A stretch of DNA of 64,000 nucleotides from Escherichia phage p000v, in sequence record NC_055781.1; one strand, given 5' to 3'. The translations under genes were made by a program, and so were the position numbers. Every line of letters begins with the position of its first letter. Position 1 is the first letter of the stretch. Positions 1 through 12,443 of the stretch are shown here, piece by piece. The notes below the pieces were generated by a model. The model made no database searches. It was not told the DNA's origin and saw nothing but the letters and a program-made list of their open reading frames with translations.

Positions 1-885
1 CCATATACGCCATAAACTATTTGCAGCATCAAAAACAAAAAACGCGTCAGAGTCATTTCTGCCTTCAGCAATATGAGTCCCTACTTCACCAATAGACGTT
101 GTATCATCAAATGTTTTAACAAATGTATGATACAGTGGGTTTAATCTATCTAAATCAACTAGGCTGATTATATCACCGTTGTTAGCATTACGTGGAAGTG
201 TAATGTTGATTGGTGCTGCACTAGTAAAACGACGAACTATAAAATCATTTGCTTGTGCTTGATATGGTGACGCAGGTGTAACAGTGATTGATTCTTTACC
301 ATAATCGGTAATATACATCTGCCACAAACGATTACTAAACACAAACAATAGTTGTGAACGTGGGCGTGTCATTAAAACCGTACGAACTTGTTCACCTCTA
401 AAGTTTAAAATACTCTGCACAGACGCGTTAATCTGTACTTTAACTGTCCCGGTTCTTCCACCAATATCAGCCAAAACAACAGTATCACCATCAACTGGCG
501 CATTTGGCAACGTGAAAACCATATCATTGCCGGCACTAGTGTTAACCGAAATCGATTCACCTGAAGAAAGTTGATAATTCCCAGAAGCTACAGTTATCCA
601 TTGTGCATCAGTACGAACTGCACGCCATTGTAAAAGGTTAAATGCCCCGGAAGGAGTCACGATATCATTTATTGCTTGATATAAACGGTTGTCATAAAGA
701 ACAACAAATCCTTTGTTATATCCACGCGTAGAATCATATACTTGAACGGTGTTTTCTTGTACCAGGAAGTCAACGTTTACGCCATCAGTACCTACTGTAC
801 GGTCGGCTAATGCTACGTTAACAATCTTGTCGCCACCGGCGTCCAGACCGTCTTCGGCTCTGAACTTACGTTTGATGTCGGCCAT
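1..885 (-). CDS. 34: Long tail fibre proximal subunit gp34, N-terminal ~295 codons only (gene runs off the window start)
   Basis: Reverse-strand translation from ATG (complement of 883..885) reads MADIKRKFRAEDGLDAGGDKIVNVALADRTVGTDGVNVDFLVQENT..., matching the T4 gp34 N-terminus as I recall it; sits next to rnh as in T4; late promoter upstream. Confidence 0.8.
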   Translation of the reverse strand, partial: MADIKRKFRAEDGLDAGGDKIVNVALADRTVGTDGVNVDFLVQENTVQVYDSTRGYNKGFVVLYDNRLYQAINDIVTPSGAFNLLQWRAVRTDAQWITVASGNYQLSSGESISVNTSAGNDMVFTLPNAPVDGDTVVLADIGGRTGTVKVQINASVQSILNFRGEQVRTVLMTRPRSQLLFVFSNRLWQMYITDYGKESITVTPASPYQAQANDFIVRRFTSAAPINITLPRNANNGDIISLVDLDRLNPLYHTFVKTFDDTTSIGEVGTHIAEGRNDSDAFFVFDAANSLWRIW

Positions 886-915
886 TCGTTTTTCCTTTAT
901 TGTTTCAATAATACT

Positions 916-923
916 TATTTATA
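916..923 (-). promoter_or_regulatory. T4-type late promoter (TATAAATA on - strand) for gene 34
   Basis: + strand TATTTATA at 916..923 = TATAAATA on - strand, ~30 nt upstream of gp34 start codon. Confidence 0.55.
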
Positions 924-926
924 CCA

Positions 927-956
927 GTTTACGCTTTCAAATGAGTGTGTTACTAT
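927..956 (+). promoter_or_regulatory. T4-type early promoter upstream of rnh
   Basis: GTTTAC (927..932), 17-bp spacer counted from TTTACG, then TGTGT-TACTAT (-10 at 951..956); same cassette recurs upstream of other early ORFs. Confidence 0.6.
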
Positions 957-988
957 AGTCAAGTTGACTAACTGAACAAGAGGTTCAT

Positions 989-1906
989 ATGGATTTAGAA
1001 ATGATGTTGGATGAAGATTACAAAGAAGGTATTGCACTTGCCGACTTTAGTAACATTGCATTGGCCGCCGCATTAAACAACTTTGAAGATGGCGATAAAA
1101 TTACTGTTCCAATGGTTCGACATGTAATCTTGAATTCAATTCGTAAAAACGTAGTGATGTTCCGTAAGCAAGGCTATACAAAATTTGTATTGTGTATGGA
1201 TAATGCTACTTCAGGTTATTGGCGACGTGACTTTGCTTACTATTACAAGAAAAATCGCAAAACCGATCGTGAAGCTTCAAAGTGGGATTGGGAAGGATAT
1301 TTTACTGCACTCCATCAAGTTGTTGATGAGATTAAGAAATACATGCCATACGTTGTAATGGATATTGACAAGTATGAAGCGGATGACCATATCGGTGTAT
1401 TAACTAAATATTTGTCATTAGCTGGTCATAAGGTATGTATTGTTGCATCAGATGGTGACTTTACACAATTACACAAATATCCTAACGTTAAACAGTGGTC
1501 GCCACCACAGAAAAAATGGGTTAAAATTAAGAATGGTTCTGCTGAAATTGATTGCATGACTAAAATTCTTAAAGGCGACCGTAAGGATGGTGTTGCATCT
1601 GTTCGAGTTCGTGGTGACTTCTGGTTTACTCGAGTTGAAGGTGAACGAACTCCAAGCATGAAAACATCAATTATTGAAGCAATTGCTAACGACCGTTCTC
1701 AAGCTGAAGTATTATTAAGTGCAGAAGAATATAAACGGTATCAAGAAAATTTGGTTCTCATTGATTTTGATTATATCCCTGATAATATTGCTTCAACCAT
1801 TATAGAGTATTATAACTCGTATAAACAACAACCTAAAGGCAAGATTTATTCATACTTTGTAAAATCTGGTCTTTCTAAATTAACAAGTGTAATTAATGAA
1901 TTCTGA
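989..1906 (+). CDS. rnh: RNase H (5'-3' exonuclease / flap endonuclease)
   Basis: 305 aa, same length as T4 RNase H; starts MDLEMMLDEDYKEGIALADFSNIALAAALN; position between gene 34 and dsbA as in T4. Confidence 0.9.
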   Translation: MDLEMMLDEDYKEGIALADFSNIALAAALNNFEDGDKITVPMVRHVILNSIRKNVVMFRKQGYTKFVLCMDNATSGYWRRDFAYYYKKNRKTDREASKWDWEGYFTALHQVVDEIKKYMPYVVMDIDKYEADDHIGVLTKYLSLAGHKVCIVASDGDFTQLHKYPNVKQWSPPQKKWVKIKNGSAEIDCMTKILKGDRKDGVASVRVRGDFWFTRVEGERTPSMKTSIIEAIANDRSQAEVLLSAEEYKRYQENLVLIDFDYIPDNIASTIIEYYNSYKQQPKGKIYSYFVKSGLSKLTSVINEF

Positions 1907-1913
1907 GGTAAAC

Positions 1914-2183
1914 ATGGCTAAGAAAGAAGCAGTTGAATTTAATCAAGATGTGCATGGTGAAGAACTGGCTAAACTAGTCAAGGAAGCTTCCGATAACAAA
2001 CTTAAAATTTCTGGTTATAATGAACTGATTAAAGACATTCGTACTCGTGCTAAAGAAGAGCTTGGTGTCGATGGAAAAATGTTTAATCGTTTGTTAGCTC
2101 TTTATCATAAAGATGCTCGTGACCAATTTGAAGCTGAAAACGAAGAGGTAGTCGAGCTTTATGACACAGTTTTCACTAAGTGA
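1914..2183 (+). CDS. dsbA: dsDNA-binding protein DsbA (late transcription enhancer)
   Basis: 89 aa from ATG 1914 preceded by GAGGT RBS; small charged protein between rnh and gene 33 as in T4; the track ORF 1896..2183 has a 6-codon upstream extension. Confidence 0.65.
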   Translation: MAKKEAVEFNQDVHGEELAKLVKEASDNKLKISGYNELIKDIRTRAKEELGVDGKMFNRLLALYHKDARDQFEAENEEVVELYDTVFTK

Positions 2184-2499
2184 TATTAAACCGGTTGATG
2201 AGGCCGGTTTATCTGAACAAGAATTAGCAGTAAAACACGATAAAGATGATATCGCTAAATTGCTTGACCGCCAAGAAAACGGATTCATTATCGAATCTAT
2301 GGTTGAACAATTTGGTATGTCTTATTTAGAAGCAACAACTGCTTTCTTGGAAGAAAATTCTATTCCAGAAACACAATTTGCTAAATTTATTCCTACAGGA
2401 ATTGTTGAAAAAATTACAAGTGAAGCAATTGACGAAAACATGCTTCGCCCATCAGTTGCTCGTGGTGAAAAAACTAATACGTTAGATTTCTTATTATGA
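2161..2499 (+). CDS. 33: Late transcription accessory factor gp33
   Basis: 112 aa; MTQFSLSDIKPVDEAGLSEQEL...KTNTLDFLL closely matches T4 gp33 as recalled; overlaps dsbA end as in T4. Confidence 0.8.
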   Translation: MTQFSLSDIKPVDEAGLSEQELAVKHDKDDIAKLLDRQENGFIIESMVEQFGMSYLEATTAFLEENSIPETQFAKFIPTGIVEKITSEAIDENMLRPSVARGEKTNTLDFLL

Positions 2500-3149
2500 T
2501 TAAAATACGCATGCCTCCTGATGGAGAACGTTATATTAACGGAAAATCGGTATACAAACTATACTTGATGTGCAAACAACATTTTAATGGTCGGTATGAC
2601 GTAATCAAATATAACTGGTGCATGCGTGTTTCGGATAATGCGTATCAAAAACGCCGAGATAAATATTTCTTTGAGAAACTAGCAGAGAAATATAAGTTAA
2701 AGGAACTCACCTTGATATTCATCAGTAACTTAGTTGCTAACCAAGATGCATGGATTGGTGAGATATCAGACGCTGATGCATTAGTTTTCTATAGGGAATA
2801 TATTGGACGTCTCAAACAAGCCAAGGAGACGTTTGCTGAAGATGTACGTAACATCTACTATTTCAGTAAGAAAGTGGAAGTTAGTGCGCTTCAAGAGATA
2901 TTTGATTATAATAATAAAGTTCAGTCGAGCTACATATTTAAATTGCTACAAAGCAATATAATTTCGTTTGAAACCTTCTTGTTGTTGGATTCATTCTTGA
3001 ATATTATAGATAAGCATGACGAACTTACTGACAATTTAGTCTGGCAAAATTATTCTACCAAATTAAAGGCATATCGAAAAATACTTCAAATCGATGGAAA
3101 TGCTGCTAAGAAATTGTTCATAGAAACAATCAAATCATGTAAGTATTAA
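2496..3149 (+). CDS. 59: Helicase loader gp59
   Basis: 217 aa; MIKIRMPPDGERYINGKSVYKLYLM...; length and sequence match T4 gp59; directly upstream of gene 32. Confidence 0.85.
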   Translation: MIKIRMPPDGERYINGKSVYKLYLMCKQHFNGRYDVIKYNWCMRVSDNAYQKRRDKYFFEKLAEKYKLKELTLIFISNLVANQDAWIGEISDADALVFYREYIGRLKQAKETFAEDVRNIYYFSKKVEVSALQEIFDYNNKVQSSYIFKLLQSNIISFETFLLLDSFLNIIDKHDELTDNLVWQNYSTKLKAYRKILQIDGNAAKKLFIETIKSCKY

Positions 3150-3173
3150 GCTTTATTTCTTGTGTGTTAAAAT
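3149..3173 (+). promoter_or_regulatory. Candidate MotA-dependent middle promoter for gene 32
   Basis: aGCTTTA (MotA box with one mismatch) at 3149..3155, 12-bp spacer, TAAAAT at 3168..3173. Confidence 0.3.
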
Positions 3174-3178
3174 TACTT

Positions 3179-3186
3179 TATAAATA
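3179..3186 (+). promoter_or_regulatory. T4-type late promoter TATAAATA upstream of gene 32
   Basis: Exact TATAAATA at 3179..3186, ~80 nt upstream of gp32 ATG. Confidence 0.45.
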
Positions 3187-3196
3187 AATCATACCA

Positions 3197-3265
3197 GCTA
3201 CGAGGTATAAGTGTCGTAGCAACCAACTGTAAATAAATTAAATAATCTAAATAAAGGTAAATATA
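3197..3265 (+). promoter_or_regulatory. Gene 32 autoregulatory translational operator (hairpin plus AU-rich unstructured tract)
   Basis: 7-bp stem GCTACGA (3197..3203) / TCGTAGC (3214..3220) followed by repetitive UAAAUA/UUAAAU tract up to the ATG; this layout matches the known gp32 mRNA operator of T4. Confidence 0.45.
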
Positions 3266-4168
3266 ATGTTTAAACGTAAATCTACTGCTGACCTCGCTGC
3301 TCAAATGGCTAAACTGAACGGTAACAAAGGTTTCTCTTCAGAAGATAAAGGCGAATGGAAGCTGAAGCTAGATGCATCAGGTAATGGTCAAGCGGTAATT
3401 CGTTTCTTGCCAGCAAAAACTGATGACGCACTACCATTTGCAATTCTTGTTAACCACGGTTTCAAGAAAAATGGTAAATGGTATATTGAAAATTGCTCTT
3501 CTACACATGGTGATTACGACTCTTGTCCTGTATGTCAGTACATTAGTAAAAATGACCTGTACAATACCAACAAAACTGAATATTCTCAACTGAAACGTAA
3601 AACTTCTTATTGGGCTAATATTCTGGTTGTTAAAGACCCTCAAGCTCCAGATAACGAAGGTAAAGTATTTAAATATCGTTTCGGTAAAAAGATTTGGGAC
3701 AAAATCAATGCAATGATTGCTGTTGATACCGAAATGGGTGAAACTCCAGTTGATGTTACTTGTCCGTTTGAAGGTGCTAACTTCGTTCTGAAAGCTAAGC
3801 AGGTTTCCGGTTTTAGCAACTATGACGAATCTAAATTCTTGGGTCAATCTGAAATTCCTCGTATTAATGACGAAGCATTCCAGAAAGAACTGTATGACCA
3901 GATGGTAGACCTTACTACTTTGACGGCTAAAGACCAGTTCAAATCTTTTGAAAAATTAAATGAATCTTTCGCTAAGGTTCTTGGTACTGCCGCTCTTGGT
4001 GGTGCAGCAGCCGCAGCAGCTTCTGTTGCAGATAAAGTTGCTTCTGACCTTGACGATTTTGATAAAGACATGGAAGCCTTTAGTTCTGCAAAAACTGAAG
4101 ATGACTTCATGAGCTCTACCTCATCCTCTGATGATGGCGACCTCGATGACCTGTTAGCTGGTCTATAA
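3266..4168 (+). CDS. 32: Single-stranded DNA-binding protein gp32
   Basis: 300 aa; [51 protein letters not shown]...; zinc site [15 protein letters not shown]; acidic C-terminal tail; strong match to T4 gp32. Confidence 0.95.
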   Translation: MFKRKSTADLAAQMAKLNGNKGFSSEDKGEWKLKLDASGNGQAVIRFLPAKTDDALPFAILVNHGFKKNGKWYIENCSSTHGDYDSCPVCQYISKNDLYNTNKTEYSQLKRKTSYWANILVVKDPQAPDNEGKVFKYRFGKKIWDKINAMIAVDTEMGETPVDVTCPFEGANFVLKAKQVSGFSNYDESKFLGQSEIPRINDEAFQKELYDQMVDLTTLTAKDQFKSFEKLNESFAKVLGTAALGGAAAAAASVADKVASDLDDFDKDMEAFSSAKTEDDFMSSTSSSDDGDLDDLLAGL

Positions 4169-4174
4169 TAAATC

Positions 4175-4196
4175 GGGAGACTTCGGTCTCCCTTTT
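4175..4196 (+). terminator. Intrinsic terminator after gene 32 (UUCG tetraloop hairpin + U-run)
   Basis: GGGAGAC-TTCG-GTCTCCC followed by TTTT. Confidence 0.7.
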
Positions 4197-4223
4197 GAGT
4201 ATCTGTAAATTGCCGAAAAAGTT

Positions 4224-4252
4224 GTTTACTTCTTCCCTGGATGTGTTAGTAT
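4224..4252 (+). promoter_or_regulatory. T4-type early promoter
   Basis: GTTTAC at 4224..4229, TGTGT-TAGTAT -10 at 4247..4252, then conserved leader CAACAACACGAGGAAA before the ATG at 4282. Confidence 0.55.
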
Positions 4253-4281
4253 AGACCTATCAACAACACGAGGAAATCAAA

Positions 4282-4674
4282 ATGGAAATCGGAAAATCTT
4301 ATATCATCAACCCTTTATTTAAAGACGACTTTGTTCAAGAAGCACCACACAATAACGCCAAGATGTTAAAATTGATTGAACTCCACGGGCCTAGTTTTGT
4401 TGTAAACGGAATGGAACCTGATTATGATAGCGATACGTCAAACGTAGTAAGTGTAACTATGGAAGATGGTACTGTATGTTCTGCCGGTGGTGAAATTGAA
4501 ACTTATTTTGAGATTTATCCTGACGAGTTCAAATACTTTACTGAGGTAGATTTAGTAAAGCCTCAACATACTAACGAAGGTATAACTTTAGGTGTAACAA
4601 AAATCCATTGTATCGTAGATGAAACCAACGTCGACGAAATCATCAAACTTTTGCAAAAAACTTTTAAAAAGTAG
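4282..4674 (+). CDS. Hypothetical early protein (frd.x-position ORF)
   Basis: 130-aa ORF with RBS and its own early promoter between gene 32 and frd; no motif recognised. Confidence 0.5.
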   Translation: MEIGKSYIINPLFKDDFVQEAPHNNAKMLKLIELHGPSFVVNGMEPDYDSDTSNVVSVTMEDGTVCSAGGEIETYFEIYPDEFKYFTEVDLVKPQHTNEGITLGVTKIHCIVDETNVDEIIKLLQKTFKK

Positions 4675-4735
4675 TGTATAATCAGATAGGGTTATGTTAT
4701 AGTAGCCCTATCAAATAAAAGTGAAGGAGAATAAA

Positions 4736-6431
<1,696 letters not shown>

Positions 6432-6432
6432 A

Positions 6433-6687
6433 ATGATTTTACGTTTTATTAATTCGTATGGCACCACAATTTTTGAAATGAAAAATCCAAGTGAACTGGA
6501 TATCCCTTCACCGAATAGTGAAATCACAGTTAAAGGTGAACGATTCATTTGTTATTCACATGAACGAATTTATGAATATCGTGAATTTTGTGGTGGTTAC
6601 GGTATGGAAAAAGAACCATTGGTTTATTTCGATATCACGGTCTTGACTCCTAAAGAATATAAAGAAATTATTGCTGAGAATAATTAA
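6433..6687 (+). CDS. Hypothetical small protein (nrdA.x-position ORF)
   Basis: 84 aa from ATG 6433 immediately after td stop; track ORF 6370..6687 extends upstream into td. Confidence 0.4.
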   Translation: MILRFINSYGTTIFEMKNPSELDIPSPNSEITVKGERFICYSHERIYEYREFCGGYGMEKEPLVYFDITVLTPKEYKEIIAENN

Positions 6688-6711
6688 CGCTTCAGTTTAA
6701 AAGTGTATAAT
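6688..6711 (+). promoter_or_regulatory. Candidate MotA-dependent middle promoter for nrdA
   Basis: cGCTTCA (MotA box, one mismatch) 6688..6694, 11-bp spacer, TG-extended TATAAT at 6706..6711. Confidence 0.35.
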
Positions 6712-6774
6712 AAATTAACGGGATAAATACTATCCCGTTTGGAGTAATGTCTATCAACCTATACTGAGGAATAT

Positions 6775-9030
6775 ATGCAAGTAACTAAGAGCAGTGGTGT
6801 ATCCCAAAATTTTGATGCACAGAAAATTATTCAAGTCTTAACTTGGCAGTGTGAAGGAACACAAATCGACCCATATGAATTGTACGAAGAAATTAAGACC
6901 CATCTTGTTGACGGGATGAGCACCAAAGATATTCAGAAGATTTGTATTAAAGTTGCAGCTAACTCGATTTCTGTCGAAGAACCTGATTATCAATATGTTG
7001 CCGCTAAAGGATTAATGTTTGCGCTTCGTAAAGATGTATATGGACAGTTTGAACCTCCTGCTTTTATCGACCATATCTCGTATTGTGTTAATGAAGGCAA
7101 ATACGATCCTGAGTTGTTGTCTAGATATTCTGCAGAAGAAATCATTTATCTTGATTCTCGGATTAAACATGAGCGAGATTTTGATCTGACTTATGCTGGT
7201 GCTATGCAGCTTAAAGAAAAATACCTGGTTAAAGATAAAACAACTGGGAAGATTTATGAAACTCCACAGTTTGCTATCATGGCTATCGGTATGGCCTTAC
7301 ATCAAGACGAAACTCATGACCGTTTGAAACATATTATTCGTTTTTATGATGCCGTTTCTACTCATCAAGTTTCATTGCCTACTCCAATTATGGCAGGTGC
7401 TCGTACTCCAACTCGCCAGTTCTCTAGTTGTGTAGTTATTGAAGCCGGTGATTCGTTAAAATCTATTAACAAAACTTCAGCATCAATTATCGAATATATT
7501 TCTAAACGAGCTGGCATTGGTATTAACGTTGGTATGCTTCGTGCAGAAGGTTCTAAGATCGGTATGGGTGAAGTTAGACATACGGGTGTTATTCCATTCT
7601 GGAAACATTTCCAAACTGCAGTAAAATCTTGTTCTCAAGGTGGTATTCGTGGTGGTGCTGCTACAGCGTATTATCCGATGTGGCACTTAGAAGTAGAGAA
7701 CCTATTAGTTCTGAAAAATAACAAAGGCGTGGATGAAAACCGTATTCGACATATGGACTACGGAATTCAGATTAATGACCTCATGATGGAACGCCTTGGT
7801 AAAAATGATTATATTACTTTATTTAGCCCTCACGAAATGTCAGGCGAACTATACTACTCGTTCTTTGAAGATCAAGATAAATTCCGTGAGCTTTATGAGA
7901 AAGCTGAAAAAGACCCAACAATCAGAAAGAAAAGAATCAAAGCACTAGAACTCTTTGAATTGTTCATGACTGAACGCTCTGGTACTGCTCGAATTTATCC
8001 ACAATTCGTTGATAACACGAACAACTACACTCCATTTATTCGTGAAAAAGCTCCAATTCGACAGAGTAACTTATGTTGTGAAATCGCTATTCCAACTAAT
8101 GATGTGAATGGTCCTGATGCTGAAATTGGTTTATGTACGTTATCTGCTTTTGTATTAGATAAATTTGATTGGCAAGACCAAGATAAAATTAATGAACTGG
8201 CCGAAGTACAAGTACGTGCACTTGATAACTTGTTAGACTATCAAGATTATCCGGTTCCAGAAGCTTTAAAAGCTAAAAAGCGTCGAAACCTCGGTGTTGG
8301 TGTGACGAACTATGCCGCATGGTTAGCTTCTAACTTTGCTTCATATGAAGACGCTAACGATTTGACTCATGAATTGTTTGAGAGATTGCAATATGGCCTT
8401 ATCAAAGCTTCAATCAAACTCGCCAAAGAAAAAGGACCTTGTGAGTATTATTCAGACACTAAATGGTCTAGAGGCGAATTACCTATCGACTGGTACAATA
8501 AAAAGATTGACCAAATCGCAGCCCCGAACTACGTCTGTGACTGGGAAGAACTTCGAGCTGAACTCAAAGAACATGGAATTCGTAACAGCACACTTAGTGC
8601 TCTCATGCCATGCGAATCAAGCAGTCAAGTCTCAAATAGCACAAACGGTATAGAGCCACCTCGTGGACCTGTAAGTATTAAAGAATCTAAAGAAGGCAAC
8701 TTCCGACAGGTTGTTCCTAATATTGAACACAACATGGGTCTTTATGACTATGCGTGGAAACTCGCTAAGAAAGGTAATAAGCCTTATCTGACACAAGTTG
8801 TTATCATGTTAAAATGGGTATGCCAATCTGCTTCTGCTAATACTTACTATGACCCTGCAGTATTTGAGAAAGGTAAAGTGCCAATGTCGGTAATGCTTGA
8901 CGATCTGCTTTACTTCTGGTACTTTGGCGGAAAAAACCTCTACTATCATAACACTCGTGATGGGTCAGGTACAGATGACTACGAATTAGAAACACCTAAA
9001 GCTGAAGATTGTTCTGCTTGTAAGCTTTAA
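6775..9030 (+). CDS. nrdA: Aerobic ribonucleoside-diphosphate reductase large subunit
   Basis: 751 aa; class Ia RNR alpha sequence with conserved catalytic-site cysteines (NLCCEIA) and C-terminal CxxC tail; T4 position. Confidence 0.95.
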   Translation: MQVTKSSGVSQNFDAQKIIQVLTWQCEGTQIDPYELYEEIKTHLVDGMSTKDIQKICIKVAANSISVEEPDYQYVAAKGLMFALRKDVYGQFEPPAFIDHISYCVNEGKYDPELLSRYSAEEIIYLDSRIKHERDFDLTYAGAMQLKEKYLVKDKTTGKIYETPQFAIMAIGMALHQDETHDRLKHIIRFYDAVSTHQVSLPTPIMAGARTPTRQFSSCVVIEAGDSLKSINKTSASIIEYISKRAGIGINVGMLRAEGSKIGMGEVRHTGVIPFWKHFQTAVKSCSQGGIRGGAATAYYPMWHLEVENLLVLKNNKGVDENRIRHMDYGIQINDLMMERLGKNDYITLFSPHEMSGELYYSFFEDQDKFRELYEKAEKDPTIRKKRIKALELFELFMTERSGTARIYPQFVDNTNNYTPFIREKAPIRQSNLCCEIAIPTNDVNGPDAEIGLCTLSAFVLDKFDWQDQDKINELAEVQVRALDNLLDYQDYPVPEALKAKKRRNLGVGVTNYAAWLASNFASYEDANDLTHELFERLQYGLIKASIKLAKEKGPCEYYSDTKWSRGELPIDWYNKKIDQIAAPNYVCDWEELRAELKEHGIRNSTLSALMPCESSSQVSNSTNGIEPPRGPVSIKESKEGNFRQVVPNIEHNMGLYDYAWKLAKKGNKPYLTQVVIMLKWVCQSASANTYYDPAVFEKGKVPMSVMLDDLLYFWYFGGKNLYYHNTRDGSGTDDYELETPKAEDCSACKL

Positions 9031-9071
9031 GACTTTTGATTATAATTTACTCATGGATGAGTTATAACTAA

Positions 9072-10262
9072 GTGAGAAATATAATGAGTACAGTTTTTAA
9101 TACACAACAAGTCGATGTTTTGAACGAACCGATGTTCTTTGGTTCTGGTCTTGGTCTTGCACGTTATGATATTCAGCGTCATAAAGTTTTCGAAGAACTT
9201 ATTGAAAAGCAATTGTCGTTTTTCTGGCGCCCAGAAGAGGTAAACTTGATGTTGGACTCTGCGCAGTTCAATAAGCTTCCTCAGTTCCAACAGGACATCT
9301 TTACAAACAATCTTAAGTATCAATCATTATTAGATTCTATCCAAGGCAGGGCCCCATCTGCGGTACTTATGGCACTGATTTCTGACCCTTCATTAGATAC
9401 ATGGGTTGCAACATGGACATTCAGTGAAACTATTCACTCTCGTTCATATACTCATATTATGCGAAATCTTTATACCGATCCATCCAAGGTATTTGATGAG
9501 ATTGTATTAGACGAAGCAATCATGAAACGAGCTGAATCAATAGGTAAATATTACGATGATGTTCTGGTTAAAACTCGTTATTGGGAAAACGCTAAAGCTG
9601 ATATCGAATACCAAAAAGAAATTAATGCAGACGAAGACGTTATTGAAGATGCTATTGGGCATGAGACATATTGGAAGCGTGAGCTAATGAAATCTCTTTA
9701 TCTTTGCCTTCATGTAATTAACGCCTTGGAAGCTATTCGTTTTTATGTATCTTTCGCATGTACCTTTAACTTCCATAAAAACATGGAAATTATGGAAGGT
9801 AATGCAAAGATTATGAAGTTCATTGCCCGTGACGAACAACTCCACCTCAAGGGTACTCAATATATTATTCGTCAACTTCAATCTGGTACTGACGGTGATG
9901 AGTGGGTTCAAATTGCTAAAGAATGTGAACAAGAAGCAGTTGACATTTTTATGGAAGTAAATAGTCAAGAGAAGGAATGGGCTGCACACCTCTTTAAAGA
10001 TGGTACATGTCCAGGTATCAATACGCAGAGTATGTGTGCTTTTGTTGATTACTTGACTGTGTCTCGTATGAAACAGTGTGGTTTGCCATGCCCAATCACT
10101 GATGCTCCGTCCAAGCATCCGTATCCTTGGATTCGTGAATATCTGAACTCTGATTTAGTTCAAGCAGCTCCTCAGGAAGTTGAAATCAGTTCTTATCTTG
10201 TCGCACAAATTGATAATGATGTAGACCAAAATGTAATCAATTCATACAAAAAATATTTCTAA
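9072..10262 (+). CDS. nrdB: Aerobic ribonucleoside-diphosphate reductase small subunit (uninterrupted, no intron)
   Basis: 396 aa; di-iron/tyrosyl radical R2 family sequence; continuous reading frame. Confidence 0.95.
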   Translation: MRNIMSTVFNTQQVDVLNEPMFFGSGLGLARYDIQRHKVFEELIEKQLSFFWRPEEVNLMLDSAQFNKLPQFQQDIFTNNLKYQSLLDSIQGRAPSAVLMALISDPSLDTWVATWTFSETIHSRSYTHIMRNLYTDPSKVFDEIVLDEAIMKRAESIGKYYDDVLVKTRYWENAKADIEYQKEINADEDVIEDAIGHETYWKRELMKSLYLCLHVINALEAIRFYVSFACTFNFHKNMEIMEGNAKIMKFIARDEQLHLKGTQYIIRQLQSGTDGDEWVQIAKECEQEAVDIFMEVNSQEKEWAAHLFKDGTCPGINTQSMCAFVDYLTVSRMKQCGLPCPITDAPSKHPYPWIREYLNSDLVQAAPQEVEISSYLVAQIDNDVDQNVINSYKKYF

Positions 10263-10266
10263 GGAC

Positions 10267-10288
10267 GGGACTTCGGTCCCACTTTATT
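10267..10288 (+). terminator. Hairpin / weak terminator after nrdB
   Basis: GGGAC-TTCG-GTCCC followed by T-rich ACTTTATT; abuts denA start. Confidence 0.4.
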
Positions 10289-10699
10289 ATGAAAGATATT
10301 GCCGCCGAATATTCCTTTATTAAATATATAGAATTGGAGCTATTAGAAGATGCAACAATTAAAACAGTTGATGTCCCTAATAAGAAAAATGTCATATACG
10401 CTATTGCTATAGATGACGAACTTGTGTATATTGGTAAAACCAAGAATTTAAAGAAACGCATTAACTATTATCGAACAGCCATAAATCGAAAAGACCAGAC
10501 TTCAGATTCAAGAAAATCACTTATGATTTTGGATGCCTTAATGCAAGGCAAAAAGGTTGAATTCTGGGCCCGCCAATGTTTTGACCTTTCAGTCACCAAC
10601 GAACTTGGTTCAATGACCATCGCAACAATGGACCTTGAAGAACCACTTTTTATCAAAAAGTTCAACCCGCCTTGGAATATCCAACATAAGAAAAAGTAG
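10289..10699 (+). CDS. denA: Endonuclease II (GIY-YIG nuclease that nicks cytosine-containing host DNA)
   Basis: 136 aa, same length as T4 EndoII; GIY-YIG-type motif VYIGKTKNLKKRINYY; ends ...FNPPWNIQHKKK as T4 protein. Confidence 0.85.
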   Translation: MKDIAAEYSFIKYIELELLEDATIKTVDVPNKKNVIYAIAIDDELVYIGKTKNLKKRINYYRTAINRKDQTSDSRKSLMILDALMQGKKVEFWARQCFDLSVTNELGSMTIATMDLEEPLFIKKFNPPWNIQHKKK

Positions 10700-10728
10700 T
10701 TTACATACCACAAGGATTGTGGTACAAT
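10699..10728 (+). promoter_or_regulatory. T4-type early promoter upstream of rnlA
   Basis: GTTTAC 10699..10704 (overlaps denA stop), 17-bp spacer, TACAAT 10723..10728. Confidence 0.55.
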
Positions 10729-10746
10729 TTTAAAAAAACTAACTGA

Positions 10747-11880
<1,134 letters not shown>

Positions 11881-11882
11881 TG

Positions 11883-11912
11883 GTTTACAAACACCAAGGA
11901 TGGTGTTACTAT
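11883..11912 (+). promoter_or_regulatory. T4-type early promoter upstream of alc
   Basis: GTTTAC 11883..11888, 17-bp spacer, TACTAT 11907..11912, leader CAACAACACGAGGAGAAAA. Confidence 0.6.
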
Positions 11913-11942
11913 GGCTTTTATCAACAACACGAGGAGAAAATT

Positions 11943-12443
11943 ATGAATATGCAATTGATTACTAACGATATGGTTGTGGCAGCATTTGGTGATTCTACAG
12001 ATGGAATCCGAGTCTTTAAGAAAGGACGTCCAGTTGGTTATCTTACTGACCTTCGTGTTACACTGGCCAAAAATCTTAAAAAGAAAGTAAAACAAAAAGA
12101 GTATTCCACCCGATACGCTGAAGAGAAACGCGAAGCGATGCCAGAAGCAGTTAATGCCATGGTAGAATTTCTTCAAAACAATTTGACTAAATATGACGCT
12201 AATGTGTTCATTAATATTAGTCAACCAAACGTACATATCGCAGGTATAAAATTCTACATCATTTGCGACCCTCTTACCGACAAATTCAACCGTCTCGGAA
12301 TTTCAAGTCCATATCATACAGCAGAAGAGTTGTGTGTATTGTTTGAATCGTACAAAATCCAGTGTGATGGTTTGAAAACCGTTCTTATCAATGGATTATC
12401 CCGAGATGAAATCATTGAGATTATTAAAACATGCTTAAAGTAA
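11943..12443 (+). CDS. alc: Alc (unfolds host nucleoid / blocks transcription of cytosine DNA)
   Basis: 166 aa from ATG 11943 (MNMQLITNDMVVAAFGDS...), matching T4 Alc length; the track ORF 11880..12443 is a read-through of the promoter cassette. Confidence 0.7.
   Translation: MNMQLITNDMVVAAFGDSTDGIRVFKKGRPVGYLTDLRVTLAKNLKKKVKQKEYSTRYAEEKREAMPEAVNAMVEFLQNNLTKYDANVFINISQPNVHIAGIKFYIICDPLTDKFNRLGISSPYHTAEELCVLFESYKIQCDGLKTVLINGLSRDEIIEIIKTCLK

Noticed and set aside
749-958. 69-aa + strand ORF at the start of the window
   Set aside because: Lies antisense to the gp34 N-terminal coding region and runs through the gene 34 late promoter and rnh early promoter; no RBS; the - strand frame gives a clear gp34 match
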